Shown: positions 51,828 to 60,994 of the stretch, in pieces
How the letters are laid out: each line of letters begins with the position of its first letter
Numbering within the stretch: the stretch's first letter is position 1
Source: an uncultured candidate division Zixibacteria bacterium
GTDB taxonomy: Bacteria; Zixibacteria; MSB-5A5; RBG-16-43-9
NCBI GenBank assembly: GCA_963713865.1
Contig: OY970208.1
Span: forward strand, 1,176,520-1,240,519
Length of the DNA: 64,000 nucleotides
Reading direction: 5' to 3'
Made by a program: the position numbers and the translations under genes
The notes under the pieces: generated by a model
Told to the model about the DNA's origin: nothing
The model's database searches: none
The model's input: the letters and a program-made list of their open reading frames with translations, nothing else

Positions 51828-52790
51828 TTAAATTTTTCCCGCTAATTTCCTTTGCAACCTTCCCACAACCAGCTGGGCTAAGGAATTGATAATCAAAGTG
51901 AAGACAAAGAGGGAGGCACCGATGAAAAATAAAACATTGTAATGTGCACTGCCGTGTACCACCTCTCCTAATTCTGCGGCGATGGTGGCAGACATCGTGC
52001 GAACCGAATCAAAAATATTAGCAGAGAGCAGGGAGGCATTTCCAGAAGCCATTAAAACTATCATTGTTTCACCTACTGCCCTTCCTAGTCCTAAGATAAT
52101 CCCTGCCAGAACACCAGGCATTGCCACTGAAAGAGAAACTCGAAAGGCAGTCTGCCAGCGATTGGCTCCTAATGCCAGAGAGGCTTCCTTTAAACTCCGG
52201 GGCACAGAGTTCAAAGCATCCTCAGCTATGGAATAGATAACCGGGATGATGGCAAAGCTTAATGCCATCCCGGCATTAAAGGCGTTTAAACGCATAGTTG
52301 AATGAAAGATACTGTGAAAAAACGAAGCCATAACCATCAGAGCGAAAAAACCCAAGACCACAGAAGGTATTCCAGCCAAAATCTCAACAATCGGCTTGAT
52401 AAATTCTTTTAATTTGAGAGGTGCAAATTCTGAAGTAAAAATAGCAGCTCCTACAGAAATAGGAATTGAAAAAAAGAGGGCTACCACCACGACTTTGAAG
52501 GTTCCTAATATGATAGCAATCAAACCATATCGAGGAAAATCCGAAATCGGTTGCCAGATTTTTGTGGAAAAGAAAAGCCTTAAACTGGCTTCTTTTTTGA
52601 CTTCAGGACTAACTAGGATTGGCAAAGCCTCCCGGAAAACAAAAACAAAGATCAGAATAACAGCTAAGATCGCCAAGAAAGAGGAAAAAAAGATTACCTT
52701 TTCAATAATGAATTCAGAAAGGCGGAATCTTTTCTTGGAAATGACAAATTCCGATTGGCGTTTCTTTTCTATGGTCTTCAAGTTTTCCAT
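51828..52790 (-). CDS. pstC: Phosphate ABC transporter permease PstC
   Basis: Multi-TM permease, position in operon. Confidence 0.85.
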   Translation of the reverse strand: MENLKTIEKKRQSEFVISKKRFRLSEFIIEKVIFFSSFLAILAVILIFVFVFREALPILVSPEVKKEASLRLFFSTKIWQPISDFPRYGLIAIILGTFKVVVVALFFSIPISVGAAIFTSEFAPLKLKEFIKPIVEILAGIPSVVLGFFALMVMASFFHSIFHSTMRLNAFNAGMALSFAIIPVIYSIAEDALNSVPRSLKEASLALGANRWQTAFRVSLSVAMPGVLAGIILGLGRAVGETMIVLMASGNASLLSANIFDSVRTMSATIAAELGEVVHGSAHYNVLFFIGASLFVFTLIINSLAQLVVGRLQRKLAGKI

Positions 52791-52978
52791 ATTTCGAAAA
52801 GTTAGTGATACTTCCTTCTAAGTCTATCCTCGCATGGTGATAGTATCTTGTTTCTGATTCCCTTCCTCGATGGGAGGGGATAAAGGGAAGAGTGAAGTCG
52901 CATCATATTTTACTTCTCTCTAACCTTCTTCCGCAAGCTGCTGCTACTGTTGTTATGTAAAGTTGCAGGAATCCTCCA

Positions 52979-53449
52979 TTAAGATGATATTGATCTGTCA
53001 AGGTACTGTGAGTAATCTGTCAACCTCTGGGTGTATCTTTCTCTTATTAAATTAGATGAAATAATAAAATCTGCTGTAGATCTGTTACAAGCTGTAGGAA
53101 TATTATAAAGAACAGAGATCCTCAGCAAAGCTTTTACATCAACATCATGCGGGTGTGGTTGCATGGAATTCCAAAAGAAGATCAGAATGTCAATATTTCC
53201 TTCTGCAACCATCGCTCCAAGTTGTTGATCGCCTCCAAATGGACCTGATTTTAGTTTAACTATACTATGGTTCAATGACTGCCCTTTTTCTAGTTTCTTG
53301 GATATTACTTCCTCAACTAAGCGACCAGTAGTCCCTGTACAGATCAACCTGTGATTTAAAAGTACTTTCCAGTTCCATTCTACCCATTCGACTAAGTCAC
53401 TTTTACAGTTGTCGTGTGCAACCAAAGCAACTCGCTTCGATATTTCCAT
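52979..53449 (-). CDS. mgsA: Methylglyoxal synthase
   Basis: ALVAHDNCKSDLVEW...TGTTG...SGPFGGDQQLGA...DILIFFW...QPHPHDVDVKALLR. Confidence 0.85.
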   Translation of the reverse strand: MEISKRVALVAHDNCKSDLVEWVEWNWKVLLNHRLICTGTTGRLVEEVISKKLEKGQSLNHSIVKLKSGPFGGDQQLGAMVAEGNIDILIFFWNSMQPHPHDVDVKALLRISVLYNIPTACNRSTADFIISSNLIRERYTQRLTDYSQYLDRSISS

Positions 53450-53607
53450 GACCTCTCCTTATATCTATTCTGTTTCATAAGACTTGATTGATACGAGCCT
53501 ATGTTGTGTCATAGTCAAGCATATTATTCTGTGCCCAGCAATTTTGCATAACATCTGCACCCTTACGCAGTAAGGCTGTTTGTTAGCGGTAGACATTCAC
53601 AGCAAAC

Positions 53608-54558
53608 CTATATTACACCTGATTGTTTAAAATAACTTACCGTTTCTTCAATTCCCTTTTCATAAGGGGTGGGCTTATGGTTGAAATGTTTTTCAAATTT
53701 CGACGAATCAAACACATAATCATATTTATTTTGATACAACATTTCATAAGCTTCCCGTGTCCGCTTATCAAATACGCCTGCCAGCTTTACCATCCACTTC
53801 TTTAGAACAGTGAAGTCGGGATTTACTCCCAGCTTTTCAGCCACATTTCTTATGAATTCCTCACCGGTTAGAGGAGGGCTTGCGGTTGGTAGATGCCATA
53901 CCTGATTATTCGCACTCTCTGCCTTAGCTAAGAGGTACAAAGACTTTCCACAGTCGCCTGTATACGTGTAAGAGTGTTTGGCTTTGACATTTACTAACCA
54001 TTGTGCTTTTCTGCCTTTTGCTAGTCTTTCAATCACGAGCATAAATGGAAGGCTTGTTTTATCTGCATAAGGTCCATAGAAATCAGCAGCCCTTGCGATG
54101 ATAGCAGTGATATTGTTGCTCCTTATTTCTGAGAGAAGGTAGTCGGCTATTTGAGCCCTCACTTCGCCTTTTTTACTGCAAGGATTAATGGGGGAATCTT
54201 CCTTCATAATACCTTTCACTTTCCCATACATATACACGTTGTCAAAAAAGATCAGCCGGGCATTTTTCGATTTGCAAGCCGCAACAGTATTTTGCATTAT
54301 TATGGGCCATTGTTCTTGCCAGATTGATGTATCGTAAGGAAGTCCAACAAGAAGATAAACAACAGATGATTCTTCAAGGGCATGATTTGTTTCCTGGAAA
54401 TTAGTTAAGTCAGCTTTTGACGATTCTGTCCGCTGAACACTGTGTCCACTGCGGGATACTAGTTTTACACTTTCATTATTTGAAAGCAATTCTTTTGTCA
54501 GGATATTACCAATAGCACCACCCGCTCCAAGAATAATGTGTTTTGTAATTGTTTTCAT
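53608..54558 (-). CDS. NAD(P)-binding oxidoreductase (atypical SDR / NmrA-epimerase-like)
   Basis: N-terminal ILGAGGAIGN Rossmann motif; 316 aa. Confidence 0.6.
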   Translation of the reverse strand: MKTITKHIILGAGGAIGNILTKELLSNNESVKLVSRSGHSVQRTESSKADLTNFQETNHALEESSVVYLLVGLPYDTSIWQEQWPIIMQNTVAACKSKNARLIFFDNVYMYGKVKGIMKEDSPINPCSKKGEVRAQIADYLLSEIRSNNITAIIARAADFYGPYADKTSLPFMLVIERLAKGRKAQWLVNVKAKHSYTYTGDCGKSLYLLAKAESANNQVWHLPTASPPLTGEEFIRNVAEKLGVNPDFTVLKKWMVKLAGVFDKRTREAYEMLYQNKYDYVFDSSKFEKHFNHKPTPYEKGIEETVSYFKQSGVI

Positions 54559-54654
54559 TTGATCTTGCTCTTAGACGGATGTTATCATCCGACTTATCTC
54601 CTGCTGGATGAGGGCATCCAGCAGGAGCTTGAAAAAACTACTAACTTCCTACGA

Positions 54655-55489
54655 CTACTTGACTGGGAAATACCCAACCTTACTTACAATCTGCTGTCCC
54701 TGTTCAGACAGGGCGAAATCGACTAATTTCTTTATTTCACCAGTAGGTTTATTGCGAACATACCAGTATAGATAGCGGGAAATAGGATATTTTCCATTTT
54801 TTATATTCTCCAGAGTCGGCTCATAGCCAAGTGTTTGAGCATCCTTCTTAACTTTGCAATATTTCACTCCTTTGGCATAAGCGGCTCCTCCATAACCGAT
54901 TCCATATTCGTCCTTTGCCACTGCATTCACAATCGCCGCAGTTCCCGGAAGGGTCTCGGGTCTGGGATGCAAAATCTGCACCCGTTAAGACATTGTCCTT
55001 AAAATAAGCATAAGTGCCGGAGCTATTATCCCTGCCATAGAGGACTATTTTGGTATCATCTCCGCCTAAGTCCTTCCAGTTGGTAATCTTTCCGGTGTAA
55101 ATTCCTTTAAGTTGATCCAGGGTGAGTTCAGAGATCTTGTTTTCTTCGTTCAGATAGATAGAGAGTCCATCTCTTGCTACTGCGATTTCAACTCCTTTAG
55201 TGTTAAACCGCTCTTTCAATTTGTCAACTTCAGAGCTTTTAATAGGTCTTGAGGCTTCGCAGATGTCAGTCGAGCCATTGATTAAAGCGGCAATCCCTAC
55301 TCCAGAACCTCCACCAGTTACCTGAATAACTACTCCCGGATTCTGATTCATATAGATTTCTGCCCATCTTTGACCCAAAATGAGCAAAGTGTCAGAGCCT
55401 TTTATGGTAATAGTCTTAGCGGCAAAAACTGATAACATAACTGTAAATGATAAAGATAGAATTCCTATAACGGCTATTAGCTTTTTCAT
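54655..55489 (-). pseudogene. pstS: Phosphate-binding protein PstS, frameshift near 54960-55000
   Basis: N-part IQVTGGGSGVGIAALINGSTDI; C-part (GTG start artefact) LPGTAAIVNAVAKDEYGIGYGGAAYA in a different frame. Confidence 0.8.
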
Positions 55490-55511
55490 TTTATTCTCCT
55501 TTCTTTAATAT

Positions 55512-56779
55512 TTAAAACATAAACTGAAATTGCAAGGTAAATCTGTTGTCTTTTCTGTCGCCATCATATTTGGAGAAAATAGAGTTGTTTTTAAGTTGAT
55601 GAGGTATATCATATGCTGCCGTTATCCTTACATAAGAATCCCAGAAATAATGCAGGGCTAAAGACAAGGTTCCAGTGGCGTCGTTCTTTGCGTTCTCATC
55701 TGTATTGGGGTCCCAGTAATCATATCTGGCGGCAGCTCCAAATTTAGTGGTTAAATTCTGGGATAACCAGAGATACCAGCCCATTTCGTCGGCTAAAGAA
55801 TCCTTTGCATTTTTATTATAGTCCTGAGCCAGGTAAAGCTCTCCCCTGATTCCGGTTCCGCCGATTGGCAAGAAATCAAGATAGACCTGGGCATCAGCAC
55901 CATACCTGATCTTGTCTTTTTCCACTGCTGGGACTGCAGCTTTTGGAGCAGTGGTTTTAAACTCGCCCGGGTCTATTACTCCATTTCCATTCACATCATA
56001 CCAGCTGGTAACACCAGAAACAGCCGCGCTTCCAGGAAAATAGGTTTTACCCCAGTAACCGGAGAATCCTAAATCGACCATTCCTAATTTCGCCTTTGCC
56101 CGAGCAATTACATCTTTTGCCTTAGTAGGATCAAACCAGGTGAAGTTTTTGTCCTCTATCCCGTAACCTTGGAAAAGACCTAAGTTGAACTGGAGATATT
56201 TCGGAAGAGCCCAGGTAAGATTTGTTCCTCGGTCTCGTTCCCCTTTGAAAAGGTTATTCTCTGCCAGACTTCTTTCCGGGAAATCTCTTTTGGACGAAGA
56301 ATATTCGATCTCGTACCCGAAAGGCCAGTTGAATTGTCCAAAAGTTAGCGCGAGATTATGTTTTCCGATACTCTTGTAAAGCTCAACATAAGCTTCTTTC
56401 AATGAAACGGTATTCTTTGAAGCATCAAAATAGATAATATACTTGCTGGAAGAACCGGGCTGGACCGTGAACTTTATCCTTCCTCTCCTGATATAGAAGT
56501 TATTGGCATTTAGGTTTTTAGTGGCATCATAACCACCTGCAACTCCATTCTGGGAACTGTCATTATACTCATACCGCATCTGGATGTAGCCGGATATTTT
56601 CACCCATTTCAGGATAGCAACATCGCTGTTCAAAGTTGCCATGTTCTCCGAAATCCCATCCAGACGGTCTTTCGTTTCCTGAAGCGCAGCCTTAATGCTG
56701 TCTTCTGGGTCTGCGCCCAGGAATGATTTAGACTTATAGCTACTAATAAAAGCAAGATCAGCAAAATTTTTGTTTTCAT
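55512..56779 (-). pseudogene. Phosphate-selective porin (OprO/OprP-like), frameshift within signal-peptide region near 56700-56770
   Basis: ATG at 56779 encodes signal peptide MKTKILLILLLLVAISLNHSWAQ in one frame; mature porin ORF (55512-56642) in another; position upstream of pstS. Confidence 0.6.
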
Positions 56780-56979
56780 GTTTTCTCCTTTTTTGTTCTG
56801 GTTTCTTAAGTCCTAACTCGTCAGGCTTTCAAGCTTAACTTCTCATACCACCTCCTCGAAATATTTTCCAATTAAACTTTTTAACTTTACTTTCATATTT
56901 CCTCCTTTAATATTTTCTAATAATTGCAAAATTCATCGTCTTTCAAACTACAAATTAAACGTTCACCATATTACGCCTG

Positions 56980-57007
56980 TATTAACTCAGTGTTAATTCT
57001 GGGTTAA
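56980..57007 (-). promoter_or_regulatory. Pho-box-like element: three direct repeats TTAACC / TTAACA / TTAATA at 11-bp spacing upstream of the porin-pst operon
   Basis: Hexamers at 57007-57002, 56996-56991, 56985-56980 on minus strand; about 200 bp upstream of porin start. Confidence 0.4.
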
Positions 57008-57400
57008 CAAACATTCACCGGATAATCTGCCTGGGGAAGATGATAGAATACACTTAGAGGGCTAAATTTGCCTCATATCTGTCTTAAAATGTGGTAATAG
57101 TTTAGACTAAAGAGATGACTGGCTGGCAGAACTTTACTTCGTCCCAAGGATGTTTTTTTCAGATTTGTCACCTGAACCAGCATGAGCTATTGATACTAAG
57201 GGTAAGACTAAAAGAAGAATCAAAAAGACTATTAGGTACTTCCTGAAGGTCATTTCTAAACTCCTCTGATATAAAAGTTTTTTACCTTAAAACACTCACC
57301 TGCAGAACAAAATCCTTAAAATTGAGTTAGACAGATTTTACATCATTATTAATGATAAAAACCTGTTGTACTTCTTCCTCTCCGCAACCTCGAGCTGCCG

Positions 57401-57616
57401 TTAATTCTCGTTCATAAAATCTGCCTCAGGTACTTCAAATTCCTCGAATTCCTCAAGTTCCTCTAACTCGATTACTGGAGGTTTAATAAGGGTATATTCA
57501 CCCTCTATGATTTTTTCCACCACCTTAAGGAACTTCTCCGTGCTTAACCCCTGTAACTTGTAGGTTATCCAGCATGTTCTTGGGGGTGGCTTGCTTTTCT
57601 CCTTCGATTCAAGCAT
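57401..57616 (-). CDS. Small acidic protein, unknown function
   Basis: 71 aa ORF with EELEEFEEFE tail; coding status uncertain. Confidence 0.3.
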   Translation of the reverse strand: MLESKEKSKPPPRTCWITYKLQGLSTEKFLKVVEKIIEGEYTLIKPPVIELEELEEFEEFEVPEADFMNEN

Positions 57617-57631
57617 AAGTTCTACCCTGGG

Positions 57632-57853
57632 TTAATGGCTAACCAGCTCGCGATGAAATACACTCCAGTCAGAAGCAGATTGATTAACTTTCTCACAGTT
57701 TACCAATTCCTTGGTGCCGAGAAAGAACGGGCAGTGGCAATATTCGGTGCTATGGCAGAAGCTCTTGAGTTCCAAAAGATTTGGCACCATGCCGTCGAAC
57801 ATCTCAGAATCACACATCTCTATTTTCCCCTGGATCAGTTTGGGACATTCCAT
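57632..57853 (-). CDS. Small Cys-rich protein (6 Cys, CHSTEYCHCP), member of tandem MECPKLIQ family
   Basis: 73 aa; identical RBS and first 8 codons shared with upstream paralogous small ORF. Confidence 0.35.
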   Translation of the reverse strand: MECPKLIQGKIEMCDSEMFDGMVPNLLELKSFCHSTEYCHCPFFLGTKELVNCEKVNQSASDWSVFHRELVSH

Positions 57854-58020
57854 TTTCTTTCACCTCCTCTGTTGATGAATCTTTTTCATTAAATATTTTC
57901 TCAAGTAATTCAAAAACCCACTCAGAATCATCCGTCTTTGTTTTGTCCTGGATTAGCTTGGGACATTCCATTTTCTTTCACCCCCTCTGTTGATGAATCA
58001 TTTTCGTCAAATATCTTCTC
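57826..58020. repeat. Tandem duplication (2 units of about 100-115 bp) carrying RBS GAGGAGGTGAAAGAAA and start ATGGAATGTCCCAA
   Basis: Unit 1 about 57826-57900 and unit 2 about 57945-58020, roughly 90 percent identical. Confidence 0.7.
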
Positions 58021-58143
58021 TATCAGATAAAAGACCCACATACTTGGAGAAAACAGTTGCTTCCCCTTCATTTTCCTTGAAAACAGGTAAGTTAAGGAAA
58101 CAATAGCGGCAAGCGCTATACTCATCAGGATAAATGTCTGCAT
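57928..58143 (-). CDS. Small membrane protein; C-terminus overlaps the tandem repeat
   Basis: 71 aa, N-terminal TM helix; C-terminal VFYLIEKIFDENDSSTEGVKENG paralogous to next unit. Confidence 0.3.
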   Translation of the reverse strand: MQTFILMSIALAAIVSLTYLFSRKMKGKQLFSPSMWVFYLIEKIFDENDSSTEGVKENGMSQANPGQNKDG

Positions 58144-58321
58144 ATCTTTTAATCTTCCTTGCGAATCATTTTCTCATTCATAAAGTCATAAAGTCCATTT
58201 GAACTCGCTAAAGTAAACGATAGCTTGATTTCAGTGAGATTAACTAAAGGTTAAATCTATGTTAAAAAGGTTGGATTAATTAAAAATGTCAGTTGAAGGA
58301 TATGTATGCTGGCAAAAAAGA

Positions 58322-60091
58322 CTATGCTTTTCTCAACCTGAAGCTAAATTCACTCCCCTTACTCAATTGACTTCTAACATTTACTGTTTCCCCGTGAGCT
58401 TCGATTATATGCTTGACAATGGAAAGTCCCAGACCGGTTCCACCCGATTCCCGGGAGCGGTCTTTATCAACCCGGTAAAACCTTTCAAAGATTCGGGGCA
58501 GGTCTTTTTCAGGGATTCCGATTCCGGTATCTATTACCGCAATCTCGATATAGTCTCCTTTATCCCGGCTCTCGATTTTGATCTTTCCATTTAGAGGGGT
58601 ATATTTGACGGCATTATCCACCAGATTAGTCAATGCCTGAGCTATTCTGTACCTGTCACCTAAAACTCTCTGGTTTTCAGAATTTAGTACTATTTCTATT
58701 TTTTGTGATTTCCCCTCTGCTAAAGACTTGAGAGCAGATAAAATCTCTTCAAAAAGCTCTTTGATCAAAAATGGTTCTAATTTCAATTCAAAATCCTTGG
58801 ATTCGATGAGGGAAAGCTGTAGTAAGTCAGAGATGATTTTGTTCATCCGGTCAGTATGCTGGGAGATTATGGAAAGGAAACGAGCTGATTTTTCCGGGTC
58901 GTTTATGGCTCCATCTTTTAACGCTTCCACAAAGCCCTTGATTGAGGTGATGGGGGTTCTTAATTCATGCGAGACATTTGCCACAAAGTCTTTCCGTATC
59001 CTTTCAGTCTTCTTAAGTTCGGTTATGTCGTGAAAAACGAAAATCGCAAAAATCGCACCCTCCTTTTGTCTTTCTACCAGAGCAGACTGGACCATAAAAT
59101 CTTTTTCCCTGGGATAGATAAAAGAGAATTCCATACTTTTACTCTCCTGGCTCGAAAGAACTGTCTGGATGAATTGGTTCAGTTCATGACTTCGGATCAG
59201 CTCAAAATAGGATTTACCGTAAAAAGATTTATCCAGCTCGAACATCAGGCACATAGCAGAGTTTGCCAGAATGACTTTACCCTGAGAGTCTATGGCTAAT
59301 ACCCCTTCGATCATACTGGAGAGGATGGACTGCATCTGTGATTTATCCTCAGTAATCTGCTCTATCTTCCCGGAAAGCTCAACCGACATCCGATTTAAAA
59401 TTTCAGCCAGCTCTCCGATCTCGTCTCTGGTTCTTACATTGACCTTTTGAGAGAAATCACCTTCAGACATCCTCCTTCCCACTTGCATCATCTGTCTTAA
59501 AGGTCTGGTTACCCTGTATGAAAATCCGAAACTTAAGAGGAACGAGAAGATGAAAGCTACTACCAGTCCTAAAAGGACAAGTTTGATGATCATATTTTGC
59601 CTATGTCTTAACTCAATCAGAGGTAAGGATAAGCGAGCTACTCCGATGATTTTACCTTGGGCTTTTATAGGAAAAGCTACATAGAGCATATCTTCTTTGA
59701 TGGTATAGCTATAGCGAATACTTTTTCCAACTTTGCCCTGCAGGGCTTCTGCAACCTCAGGTCTATTTTTGTGGTTCTCCATGTTTAAAAGCGCTTTTCC
59801 ACTCTCATAGGAATCTGCGACCACTTTACCATTTCTGTCAATTATGGTTATCCGACCCTGTATTTTATTACCGAGCTCATCTGCCAGGCTGTCTGTTTTT
59901 GTTAAATCCAAGTTTTCTAATAGAGGGGAAGCAAATATATTAGATAAAAGCTGTGTTTCAAAGATCATACCCTGTTCGAGTTGAGTAAGTGAGCGCTTTC
60001 TTTCAGAGGAGGAGATTAAAATCCCGGCAAGGGAAAGCCCTAAAATACTCAGCAGAAGATAGGTCAAGAACAATTTCCACTGCATCTTCAT
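58322..60091 (-). CDS. phoR: Sensor histidine kinase (PhoR-like: TM, HAMP, PAS, HisKA, HATPase)
   Basis: SHELRTPITSI H-box; GGTGLGLSIVKHI G-box; genomic context with pst operon. Confidence 0.8.
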   Translation of the reverse strand: MKMQWKLFLTYLLLSILGLSLAGILISSSERKRSLTQLEQGMIFETQLLSNIFASPLLENLDLTKTDSLADELGNKIQGRITIIDRNGKVVADSYESGKALLNMENHKNRPEVAEALQGKVGKSIRYSYTIKEDMLYVAFPIKAQGKIIGVARLSLPLIELRHRQNMIIKLVLLGLVVAFIFSFLLSFGFSYRVTRPLRQMMQVGRRMSEGDFSQKVNVRTRDEIGELAEILNRMSVELSGKIEQITEDKSQMQSILSSMIEGVLAIDSQGKVILANSAMCLMFELDKSFYGKSYFELIRSHELNQFIQTVLSSQESKSMEFSFIYPREKDFMVQSALVERQKEGAIFAIFVFHDITELKKTERIRKDFVANVSHELRTPITSIKGFVEALKDGAINDPEKSARFLSIISQHTDRMNKIISDLLQLSLIESKDFELKLEPFLIKELFEEILSALKSLAEGKSQKIEIVLNSENQRVLGDRYRIAQALTNLVDNAVKYTPLNGKIKIESRDKGDYIEIAVIDTGIGIPEKDLPRIFERFYRVDKDRSRESGGTGLGLSIVKHIIEAHGETVNVRSQLSKGSEFSFRLRKA

Positions 60092-60114
60092 AGCTATACC
60101 CTTTAGAATTAATT

Positions 60115-60801
60115 CTAAGTACTTTCTTTTAATTTATAACCCAGATTTTTCACGGTCTGAATTGCTTCAGTTAGAATAGGAATTTTTTCTCTTAATCTCC
60201 TTATATGTACATCTACTGTTCTCATTCCGCCATAATAATCATATCCCCAAACCTCGTCCATCAGATAATCTCTGCTTAAAACCCGGCCTTTGCTGCGTAA
60301 AAGACACTCTAACAAATCGAATTCTTTTGAGCTTAACTCAACTGTCTTATTATTAAAGGTAGCTTCATGTCTGGATAAATCTAAAGAGAGATTCCCATAA
60401 CGATATACTTTTTCTTTTTCTGCCTTTCTTTCAATTCTGCGAAGCAGGGCTTTCACCCTTGCAACTAATTCCTTAGGACTGAAGGGCTTGGTTATGTAAT
60501 CATCCGCCCCTAATTCCAGCCCAATGATTTTGTCTGTTTCCTCTCCCTTGGCAGTCAGCATGATTATCGGGACAGATTTGGTTTTAGGATCTGACCTTAA
60601 TTCTCTACAAACCTCTAACCCGTCCATCTCCGGAAGCATTATATCCAGTATTACCAAATCGAAGTTTTCAGCTCGTGCCTTTTTAAGACCCGAGAACCCG
60701 TCCAGAGCATCTGTCAGAACGAAATTTTCTTTTTCCAGATAATGCCCTACCAGTTCAACGATATCTTTATCGTCCTCAATTACTAAAATCTTTTTCGACA
60801 T
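60115..60801 (-). CDS. phoB: OmpR/PhoB-family response regulator
   Basis: Receiver domain (LVILDIMLPEMDG) plus winged-helix (RTVDVHIRRLREK); context. Confidence 0.85.
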   Translation of the reverse strand: MSKKILVIEDDKDIVELVGHYLEKENFVLTDALDGFSGLKKARAENFDLVILDIMLPEMDGLEVCRELRSDPKTKSVPIIMLTAKGEETDKIIGLELGADDYITKPFSPKELVARVKALLRRIERKAEKEKVYRYGNLSLDLSRHEATFNNKTVELSSKEFDLLECLLRSKGRVLSRDYLMDEVWGYDYYGGMRTVDVHIRRLREKIPILTEAIQTVKNLGYKLKEST

Positions 60802-60994
60802 AGATAATCTCCAGAAACCTCAAAGATATTATAATTATAATTTCTTGTCCTGGCAAATTAATTTTCGGAAAAAAGATGGAGATGGAAAACCTTTGCCATA
60901 TTAGGTAAGTTTTTCTTTTGACAATGAATGTCGAATTTATTAATATTATCAGAGGATAAGATCCGAAGGAATAGATAAGTAATAAGGAGGAAAT

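Noticed and set aside
57134-57253. 39-aa signal-peptide mini-ORF (MTFRKYLIVFLILLLVLPLVSIAHA...)
   Set aside because: Plausible but too short to support; could equally be the start of a gene lost to a frameshift. Left unannotated.
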